Shown: positions 27,101-38,730, numbered from the stretch's first letter. The stretch is 64,000 nucleotides of DNA from Pavona decussata (GCA_977016875.1 CDRNST010000011.1:1426001-1490000), one strand, 5' to 3'. Notes: a model not told the origin generated them from the sequence alone. Numbers and translations: made by a program.

Positions 27101-30100
27101 AAAGCACATAATCAAAAGCTAACAAAATAAACTGCGTGAAAATAAGTAGCTTGTAATTGTTTAAAGAAAAATAAACAAATAGCGCTTGTCGAGAGTTTCA
27201 TTAAGTCACGTGGGCAGGTTCTTAAGTCACGTGGACAACTGATCGTCATGTGATTTGCTTGGCTTTTTTAAGTGACTCATGTATCATTACCATTTAAGTC
27301 GCATTACACATTCTTCTTGTGAGTGAAAACTGACACGTTACAGGGAAAGATTTTTCGAATGTACCTTTACCATGTTGTTTTCTTTTGACTCGTCCATTTG
27401 AGTCAAATGAATAGTGCTTGTGAATTCATTCCCATTTTCAGTAAAAGTTATATTTAGAACATTTTGGTGTTCAAGTTCGCCTCACCACGTAGGTACGTTA
27501 AGAGTTTTCCTGCGTGTGAATTAATTTGGAGCGACCTGCACCGTTTGCAACGTCTTACATGGTTGGTCGAGAGGGCAAAAGAACGAACGACAGAACAATG
27601 TTCCCAACCCCAAAAAACAACGAAGCTGCAAGTTATAAGGGGTCCAGTGAAAACAGAGCTTTTGCATTAAATTTTGAAAGTTGCAGGTCCACTGTGTAGT
27701 TAGCCATGCAGCCATGAAGACTACTTCACGTCTTTCATGTGTCAAGTTTTACTTCACTGCCGTGTTGTTCACGTGCTGTGTAGTTTTACTTCACGTGCGT
27801 TACATTAGCCATTTAAGTCACGTGTGTAGTAACTGTCAATCACATTGCCGTCAGGGCGTAGCAGCACAGGTTCCAATCCCTTCCTTTGGCCGACCTCCGC
27901 CTCGTCACCAGGCAACCGCCACAGCGGAAACGGAAGTGTGCATTCGTTCAGCAGTAGTACCAGCAGTCAAGGGTCGGTGGAGTCTATAATCGAGGAGTTT
28001 GAAGAGAGAAAAAGGAGTTTTGAAAAACCTGGAAGGAAGCATAGTGCGCCAGAGCTACTGAACAAGTCATACGAGAATGGTGGAGTACAGAGATTGAGCC
28101 CGGCAGATGCCACGAGAGGTAAACAGCGGTCCATCGCGTGAATAAGAAGCACTGTGTGTTCACTGTACTCTGACTGGCTGTGCGCTCTTCATTAACATGC
28201 TTCATGGTGACTGACAGCACCACTCATGTTCACATTAACATTAAAATTAACATTTATGTATTATTTATTAACATTAACATCGATAACAACTAACTTCATA
28301 AGAAACTAACTTAAACATATTTAAGATGGTAACCTGTTAAAAGAGCTCAGATTGCGGAGACAGCGAAAGAATCGCGAGACGGGTTTCTTTGTACATACCT
28401 TTTACTTGAATCCTACAATCTATATGCTAACAGGGTGTTAGACAATTTAACCGTGGTGATTTCTTCAAGCGAGTAGCTATATTAAATGAGAACTTTGAAA
28501 TACAATAAAGAGTTTTAACCTTATTTCGAATCTACATAAGATTTCTTTATACTGGGCATGTAAACTATCGTCAAGTAATTATTTAATCTCTTTAATATTC
28601 CTCCCTTGGGCACTTTAATCTTTTTTCTCAAGCAAAGCAATTTCCAATGTTAATGCTACCTTTTAATTTTAATCTTATCGTGCTGATGTTATTTAAATTG
28701 AGTTTGATAGTTAAATAGTGGCGCACCCTACCGGTGCCATCTAGGTGTCTAGTTTGTCTGCGATGGGCGTTTGGATTTCAGCTAAAATCTGTTCCTCCCT
28801 TCTCTTTCTTGGTCGGCCATGCTGCTTATCATCGACAGAGAAAAGAGAGGTTTTTAACCTGTGAATAAGTATTAAAATCAGAATGGTCGTTAACTAGAAT
28901 CGTGCCGGTCTAAGTTGTTAACTGGTGGCTCTAAAGGAGCTTATATTTTGTGTAAAAGAACTGAACCTTCCCTTTCGAAACGTCTGCAAGATTTGTGTTC
29001 TTTCTTTTCTGATACTCAGCGAAACTTTCCTGTGGTTCTGTTCATTGTTGAAACTTTTCGCGATTTGTGCGTTTGTAAACTTTGAGAGAGGGATGACGTG
29101 ACCACAATGACATGGTTCGAGCAAAAACAGCAAGAATTTCTTGTCATTTTGACTGGATTCATTTTAACTTTCTTTCACTTGATATTGTTTTCATTCCCAC
29201 AGCTGACGGTGAACTAAATGAACAGATTAAAGAGATCTTAAGACCTCGCTCCAGAGAAGACTTATCACAGCCAGTCTCCACAGGTAACTTTCCTACTTAC
29301 TACATTTAGCTTATTTCTCTAGTTACTCTACGGCTTTGTTCTCACGCCGTCACGTTCAATTCGTTGTAACGTTAAATGCGGTTTGATGACGTATTCGGGG
29401 CTAACCGCGCGATCGTAAGCGGATTGTATTCGGGGCGAACCGCGCGATTGTAAGCGGATTGTATTCGGGGCGAACCGCGATCGTAAGCGGATTGTATTCG
29501 GGGCGAACCGCGCGATCGTGAGCGAATTGTATTCGGGGTGAACCGCGCGATCGTAAGCGGATTGTATTTGGGGAGAACCGCGCGATCGTAAGCGGATTGT
29601 ATTCGGGGCGAACTGCGCGATCGTGAGCGAATTGTATTCGGGGTGAACCGCGCGATCGTAAGCGGATTGTATTTGGGGAGATCCGCGCGATCGTAAGTTG
29701 ATCGTATTCGGGGCAGTTTTAGTGCACTGAAGTGGTAATTTATAACAAACCTAGACAATCATTTTTATTTTTTTGGTAATACAAGAACGTTTTGTGATTT
29801 TTGAAATGACACCAAACCTTCGTGACACTTTCCCTTTAAATTCTGTCTCTGTTGCTTGTGTAACTTGCTAGTAACTTTACTTGGAGAGAATCTTGACCTC
29901 TAGCCTTTTTTTTTGTTTAATTCTATTACAGAGTCTTCTGTGTCATCTCCATTTGTTCCGCAAGTTGAAGCTGAGACAGGGCCTCTGGGCACCAAGGCGG
30001 TCAAGACGGCTGAGCGAGAGTATGGAAGAAATCTTCTTATCAGCTCGCACATTCTTCCTATTTATGCCTTTTTCTCTTTTGTCATATAATTTACGAGAAT

Positions 30101-30874
30101 TAACTCTTGGCTATAGTTGTTGTCATGTCTTGGTATCAAAAACGTTTAGGAGAAATTTTATTCTGATCACTGTTGCGGCTGAAATATTAGCGACCTTCAG
30201 ATCGGACAACGAGTACGAGATCGATGACGAGTACGACTTTTCAATTCCTAGTCGTAAGCGTGTATTATCGTGTATGACACCAATCTCGTTCCTAGAACCT
30301 CATTCTATTCTGTTCAACAACGCTGAGGAGCGAGGGACCCGCTGAGAACTCAGCTGTTTCGAAATTTGAAAGTCGTACTCGTACTGTATCTCTAACTCAT
30401 ATTATGATCTCAAGGTTCAGTTATTGCGGAGTCCCCGGTTAAATAAGGTTAGAAAATTAAGTTACAGCAGGGATAAAGTCCGTGCTTATTTGATCAGTTG
30501 GGCGTAAAACCAACATGCGTAAGCTTTTTACCGCGTGTAGCAGTGGTTGCATGTTTTGGCTTGCAGTTCTGATTGCTTTATTTATGTTGGTTGTGATTTG
30601 CCTGATGTAATTACTTTGATTTCGGTTTAACCACTGTGAAAGCGGTTAACAAATGAGTGCCTACAATGAATCGGGCTTGTTTTGGTCAGTTTGTTTTAGT
30701 TTAAATACCCTCGTTAATTCGTTGAAAAGACCCGTGCTGCTTTCTGTAATTTAACTTCTTTTATTGAATGTTTTTTATGCTCTCTTGCCTTGCAGTCTGG
30801 CCGAGGACCTTATGAAGGACATTAACAATATGCTTAGCGACTTCTCCTCAGAACTTGACTCCATGTTCGATTGA
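3134..30874 (+). CDS. CASKIN: Caskin family scaffold (ankyrin repeats, SH3, tyrosine-motif-rich linker, 2 SAM, Pro-rich region, Caskin C-terminal tail), 22 coding exons, about 1386 aa
   Basis: GT-AG exons with consistent phases: 3134-3227, 6087-6132, 6895-6992, 7691-7836, 9066-9161, 9383-9501, 10601-10709, 11974-12082, 12750-12853, 13529-13582, 14547-14613, 15449-15523, 16361-17482, 18020-18106, 20123-20169, 21449-21565, 24068-24169, 24762-25818, 27855-28118, 29203-29283, 29932-30019, 30796-30874 (sum 4161 nt). N-terminus [12 protein letters not shown]. Ankyrin motifs [10 protein letters not shown] and [13 protein letters not shown]3 [23 protein letters not shown] motifs [15 protein letters not shown] and [17 protein letters not shown]-terminus [18 protein letters not shown] matches the Caskin tail. 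Exons in the low-complexity regions are less certain. Confidence 0.9.
6295..6630. mobile_element. Non-autonomous interspersed repeat (Crypton-like); second copy inverted at about 59470-60390
   Basis: The motifs atggtctat, aaaatgttcaaaact and ttttttacaataacatggaaaaa occur in reverse complement in XPO6 intron 1. Confidence 0.6.
7212..7376. mobile_element. Short MITE
   Basis: tatgcaaatatggctgacattt ... aaatgtcagccatttttgcata inverted pair. Confidence 0.6.
10182..10437. mobile_element. MITE (PIF/Harbinger-like termini)
   Basis: gggtgcttaccatttac..cccgga ... tccggg..gtaaatggttagcaccc. Confidence 0.6.
14767..15061. mobile_element. About 290-bp MITE; the same family occurs inverted at 26497-26780
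   Basis: Termini agagcggttt..aa.tgagtgt. Internal ccaatcacag/gattgg repeats and gcgcgggaaaacgcgtgc are shared by both copies. Confidence 0.75.
18354..18616. repeat. Intronic tandem repeat, 84-bp unit x3
   Basis: acggcttccttgtcaaat...ccccacccctgacgtggctctgggaggg recurs at 18361, 18445 and 18529, with a partial copy at 18613. Confidence 0.9.
22490..22900 (+). mobile_element. 3' fragment of an L2/CR1-group LINE
   Basis: Translates [48 protein letters not shown], followed by a 3' UTR ending in (TAT)n. Confidence 0.8.
23673..24005. repeat. Satellite-like tandem repeat, about 101-106 bp x3; fragments also at 17520-17655
   Basis: caccttgtacagc..taaacagcaccacaggaaagta..tagctttcatttgaatggtcacact is repeated. 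Confidence 0.85.
26497..26780. mobile_element. MITE, inverted copy of the family at 14767-15061
   Basis: aagcggttttcaattgag ... aattgaaagccgctcta; internal gcacgcgttttcccgcgcttgacgc is the reverse complement of the other copy. Confidence 0.75.
29391..29716. repeat. CpG-rich 35-bp minisatellite, 9 units plus a partial
   Basis: Unit gtattcggggcgaaccgcgcgatcgtaagcggatt, head to tail with no spacers. Confidence 0.95.
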
Positions 30875-32219
30875 AGCGACGAGTTGCAGTTAGTATGGTG
30901 ACCATGGTAACAGCAACTATTGGCACCACCTGGATACACTGACTAGGGTCGTAGCTTTCCAAATATGAGCATAACCCGGATGCGCTAGTTGATTACCCAG
31001 TATCTAAGTAATTAGACGCGCTGTAATTGTTCAAGGTAGTGGTCACGTGACGTGAGGGAAAGAGGAGGGACAAAGATTTTTTCCCTTAACGGCGAGACAA
31101 AGAGTAAAAATTTCAAACTGTTTTCAATTCATGCATTTAGGTCAAAATCTAAAATAACGTTAGCGATTTTATATGTACTCAGGGGAATTGTTACACTAGT
31201 CTATTTTTTACGCCATGTTTGATTGAGATGAGATCTTTTTATTACAACCGAATGAATATTTTCCTCGTATGTGTCAAATAGTTTTACATCGTTCAGCAAT
31301 CCACTTTTGTGTATAATTTCTTTTCTCATCGTTGAGATGTTTGCATAAGTCGGTTTATCCTGGGCGTGCTCTGTCTGTCGTACTTTACCAGTGTCGTTTT
31401 TCACCTTTTCTCCGTCGTTGAAGTCCTCGAAAGCTATTCTAGTTCCTTTGCGTTCTTCGCCCCGTAAGGCCTGGACTCTACCTGAGTGGTGATGTCACCG
31501 AATCAGACTCGCCTTCACTCGCACCAGGGTAGCGCGAACAACAAATCACCACTAATTCTCGATTCTTCTCTACCGAACGAATGAAATTCTTTGATCAAAA
31601 TTAGCGGGAGCCATTGCAGAGTTATTGAACTTTTCTACGTCAGCTCAGCACGATAACCAGATGCAGGTTGCCTAGCAACTACCGACGAATACTAATCGAT
31701 TAACCTTATAAGAAACTTTGTTTTCAAATTTGGAAGGGATATTTATTTTTTATAACTAGAAACGTTAATTTTACGGTGAAGGCTCGATTTTTTTAAACTT
31801 TGCCCGAATAGTCGTCATAAGATTGCTTTTTTTTTTTAATAGAAATTATCGTCTGGCCCGTTTTAAGGCTGAGATGTTTATCTCCCAGAAAATTGAATCG
31901 GACATTTTAATCGTCCCTTTCAATCAGGAGCGTACCTGGTCGTACATTAGAGGAGAAATTTTGTATTCTTTGCATTGTATAAATTTTTAGAAAGAACCGT
32001 GCGACTTTAATTAAGACTTTCAACTTCTCGCACGAAGTACAAAGACGGATTTTTCTGACGAACCCTGATCGTTTTCATGTGATAAAGATGAAATCAAAGT
32101 GAATTTTGTTAGAAGTTACTGCTCAATATAAGATATCTTTTAAAAAGATTGTAAAACGAATTTTAGGTAAGTGGCATAACATGTACAAAACTTTAATTAT
32201 ATATTTTATTTTGTTGGAA

Positions 32220-32225
32220 AATAAA
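32220..32225 (+). terminator. Probable polyadenylation signal of Caskin (3' UTR about 1.35 kb)
   Basis: AATAAA at the end of a repeat-free stretch after the stop codon, followed by T/GT-rich sequence. Confidence 0.5.
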
Positions 32226-33380
32226 CATATATTTTAACAATGACTGGTTCATTTCATTGTTTCTAACAGCTCTAGGAAAAAGTCGAAACGCACGGAAAAA
32301 AATTCGACAAAGAAAAGTAGGGGGGAAGGGGGTTACTTTTCTTCGTCGAATTTTGTTCCGCTCGTTTCGACTTTTTGCTCGTCCCCGAATGTTAGTATAT
32401 ACATTTGTAAATAGTCTGTAATTTTTTCTCTACGCAATTCAGTTTATACTGCCATGTAGTGTCTTAATAAACGTATCTATCTCCCCACTATCTACCCCTG
32501 GGTCCCCGAGGATAGCAGCTCTGTAAACTTTTTAAGGATGTGCAAAATTACGAAGTAGGGAGGGGAGAGTCGCCCAGTGGAGGTCGGAAACCAAACCACT
32601 CTTAACTATTCAAACACAAACGGTAACGAGTTACTTCAATGGCAAACACGCATTTGCTGCATAAGAGCTGAAAGAGGAGTGCATGACACGACCTTATTGA
32701 CCTGATTGACTAAGAAAACAACATGTTTGATCTGATTTTCTGATTAGAAGGACGTTCCGTAAGTATCTCAATCAAGTAGGGCGCTACAGTAAACTATCGC
32801 AGAACCGAGGAAAAAAGGTTGATCAAGAAGTGCTCCAAAGAACAGAAACAGGTTCGAAGGCGGGAAGGGAAAGAAGGGAAGCAAATGGAACAGATAGTTT
32901 GGTCAAGAAATCTTTTAGCTGTACATGAAGAAATTATTTCATTTGACCCTTGTGAAAATGCAAGCACATTTTTGTACCACGGTTTTGGAACTGAGTAAAC
33001 TTTCACTCATTAGACACTACGAAAAAGTTCTAACTGGGATTTTTGGTGGAATGTAAATCCCAAATGTAAAGAGCAGGCCGCTTCTTTCGTTTTTGTTTCC
33101 AAATAGATTGCTGAGAAAGATATCACTTTTTACAACATCTAACATGAGATTACAGGATGAATGCAAATCGTTTGGAATTAACCAAAAGGACATAGCATGA
33201 TCTGTTCTGCGTACGTTGCATGTCTCGAAAATCACTTTTCCGTTTTTTTTTTTTTTTGCTTTAAAACTTCTATCTCTGTTGAAGGACAATGTCATCGAAA
33301 GGCAGGTAATTATTTTTTTCGGTTCGGGACTTAACGTATTAACAGAAATGGCACTCCGACAGAATGATTCGGTCTCATCC

Positions 33381-34337
33381 TCACTCTTGCTCTCCTATGT
33401 CGCACAGAAATGCAAAACGATTTTCTAACATTTCTTCCCCGAATTTAAGATTATTCTTGACAGGAGAGCGTTTCGTCTTTCTATCAGTTTCCTTTCCTCC
33501 TTTGTTTTCTTGTGGCACCATCTTATCTAACAGATCATTTGTCACTGCCATGTAAAGTTTGTAATACACGCGAAATTGCTTGAAAGATGGGAGCAGTTCC
33601 TCAGGAGCGCGACCTAAAAAAGAAGTAGTACAAATGTAAGAAATTAAAAGAAATTATATGCTTCTTCTCACGGATTGACGCAGTGGTGAGACGAGCAGCT
33701 GCGAATTCGATGTTCTTGCATTCGGCATCATAAGTGGTAAAGTTAGTTCTCGTTTCGCCTTGCTCTAAGGATTTTTTCTTGGTTCTGCAATTTCCTTCCT
33801 CAGCAAAAACTAACAGAATCGGCTGCAACTATAGACAACTCTCCCAAGACAGGCACCGTTGGGATCAAAACCCTTTGACCTTTTCAGAGAGGTGCTTTGT
33901 CTCAGGGACAATTCAGTAACTGTAAAATGACTGCATCACTTAAAGCAGATACCAACTTTAACTTTACTTCTCAAACTCATTAATAATTCATGCAGTCAAA
34001 AGCCAATAAATGACCTCCATTTCGGTCAGGTGGATGAATCTTGATACCCCAATGAAACACCAGATGAAACACCACCAGGTTTTCATCTGAGATGAAACAT
34101 GTTTTTCATCTGAGATCAAACATTTGCATTTTAATGAGATTAATTTCTTATTGTTTCATTTGAGAAGACATGTCAAAAACTCGGGCTTCGTGCTTTATCA
34201 CGGGTTCCAAATACCTCGAAACAGATGAAAGCACTCGGCCTGCGGCCTCGTGCTTTCATCTGTTTCTCGGTATTTGGAACCCGTGATAAAGCACTCGCCC
34301 TCGTTTTTGACATATTACTTAAAACTGTGAATAAACA

Positions 34338-34421
<84 letters not shown>

Positions 34422-37400
34422 CATGTGCTAGATTCATTGTTAAGGTGATTTCATTCTCTTAATTTTTCAGTATTGTTATTTTGTCTGTCGCGTCGCACCT
34501 TTTTCTGTTATATACATTCTGCACGCTTTTATTTCGCGCCATATGTAAATTCGGTTCATCCTACATTCGTATTCACTTCGTCTTGTTACCTTCAAAGTTT
34601 TCGTTTCCCGGCTCGCGGTCGTAGCGTTGGTAAGTGTCGTTTTCCGCCTTTATGAACTTTTTCGTAGTTTATCTTACTTTTCGTCTTCATGTCTGTATTA
34701 GGTGTTTACTTCAGAGTGACAACTGTGCAATGGTACATCATGAAAACTGGTTTTGCCCTCGAGTCTCTACACTCATTATTACTCAATAGCGAGCTTGTAG
34801 TAACAGTATTTCTACCCAAATTGCCCCCCCCCCTCCCGAGTATAGATTCCACAAGAATGCAGTTACTAAAGAAACAAGACTTACCTTGACGCAGTTCTTC
34901 ATGTAGAGTATGCGCCATTTGTCCATTGAACGTCTTGTGTACACACGGTGTAGCTACAGGCTGAAGTAGCGTAAAGTTTAGGTGAATAGCATCCCTTAGA
35001 ACACACTGCCACTGACAAAAGCTGTGCGCTGCTTGAAGATCAAACGGTTGAGAGAAATGTTTCCTTTGGATCCTTTTGCCCTTCTCTTCTGTCAAATCTT
35101 CTTCCAATATTGACTTAACACAACAACACAGTAACGCTACGAGGTGATTCATTTTCACTGCTGGCTGTGCATGACTGATGAGATAACGAAGGGATGCTGC
35201 GATTAATTTGAACTTCTCCTGTAACAGCCTGATGTGAGGAGTGTCAGCATCGAGCGCAAATAACAAAAACTTTAACCTTTCATCAGCATCAAGGTAAGGA
35301 ATAAGACTTAAACTAGGTACAACACCCTCTACATAGGGTGCAACCTTTGTCTGTTTCACCGTCATACCGTCCCTGTCCCATTCATGGAATGTCGTTATGT
35401 TTTCCTTAACTTCCTTTTCTCCAGGATCATTTAAAATACCGTAAAGAAACTGTCTCAGCCACAGGGAACTGCGGTTCGCTGACATTTCCCGACAGTTTTC
35501 AACCTGGATTCTGAGAAAGCATTTTCCCGTTGTCAAACTAGTTATGCATTTGGTGGAAAATTGTCCCGCGCGAAACCGTCGCAACACCCATTGCTTAATC
35601 TCGTGGCCATTTTGAGTCCTGAGGGAGCTGCAGATAGCACCCCTTTCAAAATAGACCAATAAATTCGATTCTTTGTTGTTATATTCCTGAAGAGAAAGAT
35701 CAACAGCCTTTTTCAGTTCATCTCTGCTTTGCGGCGATGAGATCAGTTCCAACGCGGACTTGAGCGCCTCTTCTTGTGTGCATAAGCTGGGAAGTTCAGA
35801 CAACATGTTAGCAATACTTGCAAACCTTGCTTCTCTTCTGCTAAAACGACTCGCAGTCTGGACGCGACAAAGTGCTTGGTTAAAAGCTGCCAGTGCGTCC
35901 GAACTGACATAATCATTCCCCGCCAAAGAAGCTAACAAAGGAATCAAATCTGCACGAATACGAAAGTGTGATGCTAGCTTTTTGCGATAGAAAACACTGG
36001 CTGTTAGGCGATCAGAATTCCAGTAGAGGAAAGACAGTGGAATGTAACCTGCTTTGATGTCAAATATGAAGAAGTCACTGTCACTGCTTAGGACTGGGCA
36101 GTTCCATGCTGCAGCCAGGGAGGCGATTTCTGTGTCAGCTTCACTGTTGGGAAGAAGCAAGAAAACAACATTAAGTTCAAATGACCAAGGTTAGATAACC
36201 TTTGATATTTTCTGTTTGAGCACAGAACCCCCGGATTGCAGGGCATCAGCGATTCATTTCCTCTCACGCGCGACACTGCTAAGACGTTAACAGAGCTTAA
36301 GCTAGCTCTAACCCTGAATTAAATAACCTTAGTTGTTGGCTGAAAGCTAACAAGCTCAGTCTAAGTGTTGCTAAAACAGAACTAATGATAATTGGATCAA
36401 GACAAAGACTATCTGCCCATTGTGACGATATAGAAAACAGAATTGATGACCAAATTATCAAAAGAGTCGATAAGACCAAATCCTTGGGTCTTACCATAGA
36501 TGCCCAACCCTCTTGGAGTAAACAGGTTGAAGAGATTTGCAAGAAAGTCTCTTCAGCTATGAGCGCCCTGAAACGTGTGCGGCCCTTTATACCCAAAGAA
36601 ACTGCAACCCAAATTTATAACGCTTTAATTATGCCTCATTTTGATTACTGCAGCCCCTTTTGGGACTGTTTGAGTGGTTACTTGAGTGATAAGCTCCAAA
36701 AGTTACAGAATCGTGCAGCCAGAGTTATTACTAAATTACCTTTTGATACGAACTCAAACCACCTTCTCTACACCCTAGACTGGGGAAGGCTATCTCTTCG
36801 GCGAAAGAAACAAAAAGCCTTAATGATGTATAAAACCATAAATGACCTTGGTCCAAAATATCTACAAAGTCTTTTTTCTCAGCGTCACTCTGCTTACAAC
36901 TTAAGAAACTCTGAGGGAAGGCTGTCCCTGTCCAAGCCAAACACCAATTATTTGAAACGAACCTTTTCTTACAGCGGGTCCATGTTATGGAATAACTTCC
37001 CCAAAAGCTTAAAAAATGCTTCATCCGTTGAGCATTTCAAGCTAAATATCAAGAAGGTAGCAGATATATCGGATTCCCACACAGCAATCTTGTAAAGCAG
37101 TTGTAATTAGTTTTAGTTTTTAACTTAAGCTTAATTAACTAATGATTTTCCGTGTTTAAATAAAGATTTACAAAAATACATACACCATAGTTTATCTCGA
37201 AATGTGTGTGTGTGTGTGGGGAGGGGGGGGGGGGGGTAAGGGGGGAGCGAACTCGAAATGTGATGGGCGAACTTGAAATTTGGGGGGCGAACTCGAACGG
37301 GTTGACTTCGACAGGGGTCAAAACCTCTCATCATCCTTTCGCCCTGGGGAAGTAAGGTAGCTTTGAAGGGGAGGGTTTGTGAACTGTTGGTCTGAAAGAC

Positions 37401-37973
37401 GACATAGCTTTTGGGTCCGAAATGGGGTATAGATTCGGCCTGTCATTTTCTTTACGATTGGGCATGAAAAAATCATATATTTTGGACTACAGCCAACACG
37501 TAAAATTCTAAAGCATATGCGGCAAATTCAGCGCATACGATCATCATTTCTTACCTATCACAGATTCCAAATTTAATGCCTCGATCCCTGAGCGCCTGTT
37601 GAAACACAAACTTGGCCAAAAGCGGAAGTAGAAAGAGCCTACTGTCAGCTGATTTGGTCAAGTCATTCGCAGTTTTGATGTTCTGTAGCACTCGCTGTTT
37701 GAGTGTGTCCAGCTTTTTGTCGCTTGGATCATTCGCACCATCGAATACTACAACGCATTCCACGCGGCAAGAATTAAGAGCGTCGAAAAACGAAACCACA
37801 GCCTCGTAAAACTCATCGTATTGGCCGCCACATTGGCAGTCCAGACCACTGTTTACGTAGAGATAATAGCACAAACACGATCCATCTATGACAATTTTTG
37901 TGTCTTGAAGAACGATTGTTGTCCAAAGATTTTCGATTGAGTTTACAAAACTGGTGAGTCCCGGAATCCCCAT
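33381..37973 (-). CDS. ASTE1: Protein asteroid homolog 1-like XPG/FEN1-family PIN nuclease, copy A (636 aa; soluble type, basic patch plus NRFAFL C-terminus)
   Basis: Three exons 37973-37555, 36143-34885, 33613-33381 (1911 nt, GT-AG, phases 2 and 1). Motifs MGIPGLTSF, IVIDG, VVFDG, EAD, SSDSDF, LAGNDY, AAHSFCQWQ; ends ENRFAFLCDIGEQE*. Confidence 0.9.
34172..34320. mobile_element. Palindromic terminus of a non-autonomous element (Crypton-like)
   Basis: gtgctttatcacgggttccaaatacc..gaaacagatgaaagcac is inverted as gtgctttcatctgtttc..ggtatttggaacccgtgataaagcac. Confidence 0.7.
34339..34419. repeat. (TTA)n microsatellite, about 27 units
   Basis: Seen directly; it explains the poly-N and poly-L ORFs. 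Confidence 0.97.
36275..37185 (+). mobile_element. 5'-truncated LINE (CR1/L2-group ORF2 C-terminus) inserted antisense in ASTE1-A intron 1
   Basis: WLKANKLSL..KTELMIIGSRQRL, KSLGLTID, IYNALIMPHFDYCS, LQKLQNRAAR, FSYSGSMLWN. ORF to 37095, then a 3' UTR with aataaa. Absent from copy B intron 1. Confidence 0.9.
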
Positions 37974-38460
37974 TCCCAACTATAATAAAGTATATAATGG
38001 CGCTGATCGTGCCTCAATGACCAAATCTGAAAGGCGTTCGACGGTCAATTAACGACAAATTTTCCAGGGTAGGGGTGGGTCAGGTTGAGTAAGTTTGGTG
38101 CACAATGCTTATCTTTTGAGGTAGCAGAAAAAGTAATAATCACTAACTACAGTTTTATAGCTTGTTTCAATCGAAGGTTTCGGATTTGTTTTACAAAAAG
38201 TGGGAAATAAACACCAGTTTACGAGTGCTCTGATCTTCACCGTCCCTACCCTAGGAAAAAAATAAGATAGCCCGTAATCTCTAATCAGCGGTATACCTAA
38301 CTTAACAAAGTCTATCAAGTAAGCGTAACTGAAGGTTTTCTTTGGTTTCCGCCAAGTTTCCGCCGGCTTCGTTTTACGGAGGTGATATAAATTCGCCCCA
38401 AAACAACAGGAAAACATGAAGAAATACGGCGATCCCCACGGCCCGAAGTCACTTGCGGCC

Positions 38461-38552
38461 TTATTTTGGCGATGGCGGTATGATTGTGCCATCAAACAGT
38501 GAAATATGTAAACATCCTGTATCCTTTATAAAATGCAAGTTTAAACGTTGTA
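38461..38552 (+). pseudogene. Degenerate duplicate of mLST8 exon 1 and its U12 5' splice site
   Basis: ttattttggc..gtatgat..tgccatcaa..acagtgaaatatgt..aacatc.ctGTATCCTTTataaaa.gcaagtt aligns collinearly to about 46475-46598 with several deletions. No other mLST8 exons seen downstream. Confidence 0.85.
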
Positions 38553-38658
38553 TGTGTAAAGAATATCTAGTATTAACAGTGCATTTAGCAAAGTATCTTA
38601 CGGCTAGTTATTGAAGGATTTATTTCGTGGTATACTGGTAACAGCGTAGTCTCCCTCG

Positions 38659-38730
38659 CAGCCGTTTTTAGTGTCGTCACGCAACGCTCCTCCCCACGGG
38701 AGCGTTGCGTGACGACACTAAAAACGGCTG
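38659..38730. repeat. Perfect 32-bp-stem hairpin (MITE remnant)
   Basis: cagccgtttttagtgtcgtcacgcaacgctcc / ggagcgttgcgtgacgacactaaaaacggctg. Confidence 0.85.

Noticed and set aside
29391-29716. CRISPR-like 35-bp repeats and the 128-aa minus-strand ORF
   Set aside because: The units are contiguous with no unique spacers, there are no cas genes, and the context is a eukaryotic intron. The ORF is a by-product of the repeat.
32205-32225. Back-to-back polyA signals implying overlapping Caskin and ASTE1-A 3' ends
   Set aside because: AATAAA is common in AT-rich DNA, and nothing shows that the ASTE1-A UTR reaches this far.
34173-34431. Poly-Asn and poly-Leu ORFs
   Set aside because: Translations of a (TTA)n microsatellite and a transposon end.
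34706-34884. ORF-track C-termini of the ASTE1 copies (34706-34884 and 41744-41814)
   Set aside because: Read-through past matching CAAG|GTAAG donors. Homologous third exons exist further downstream.
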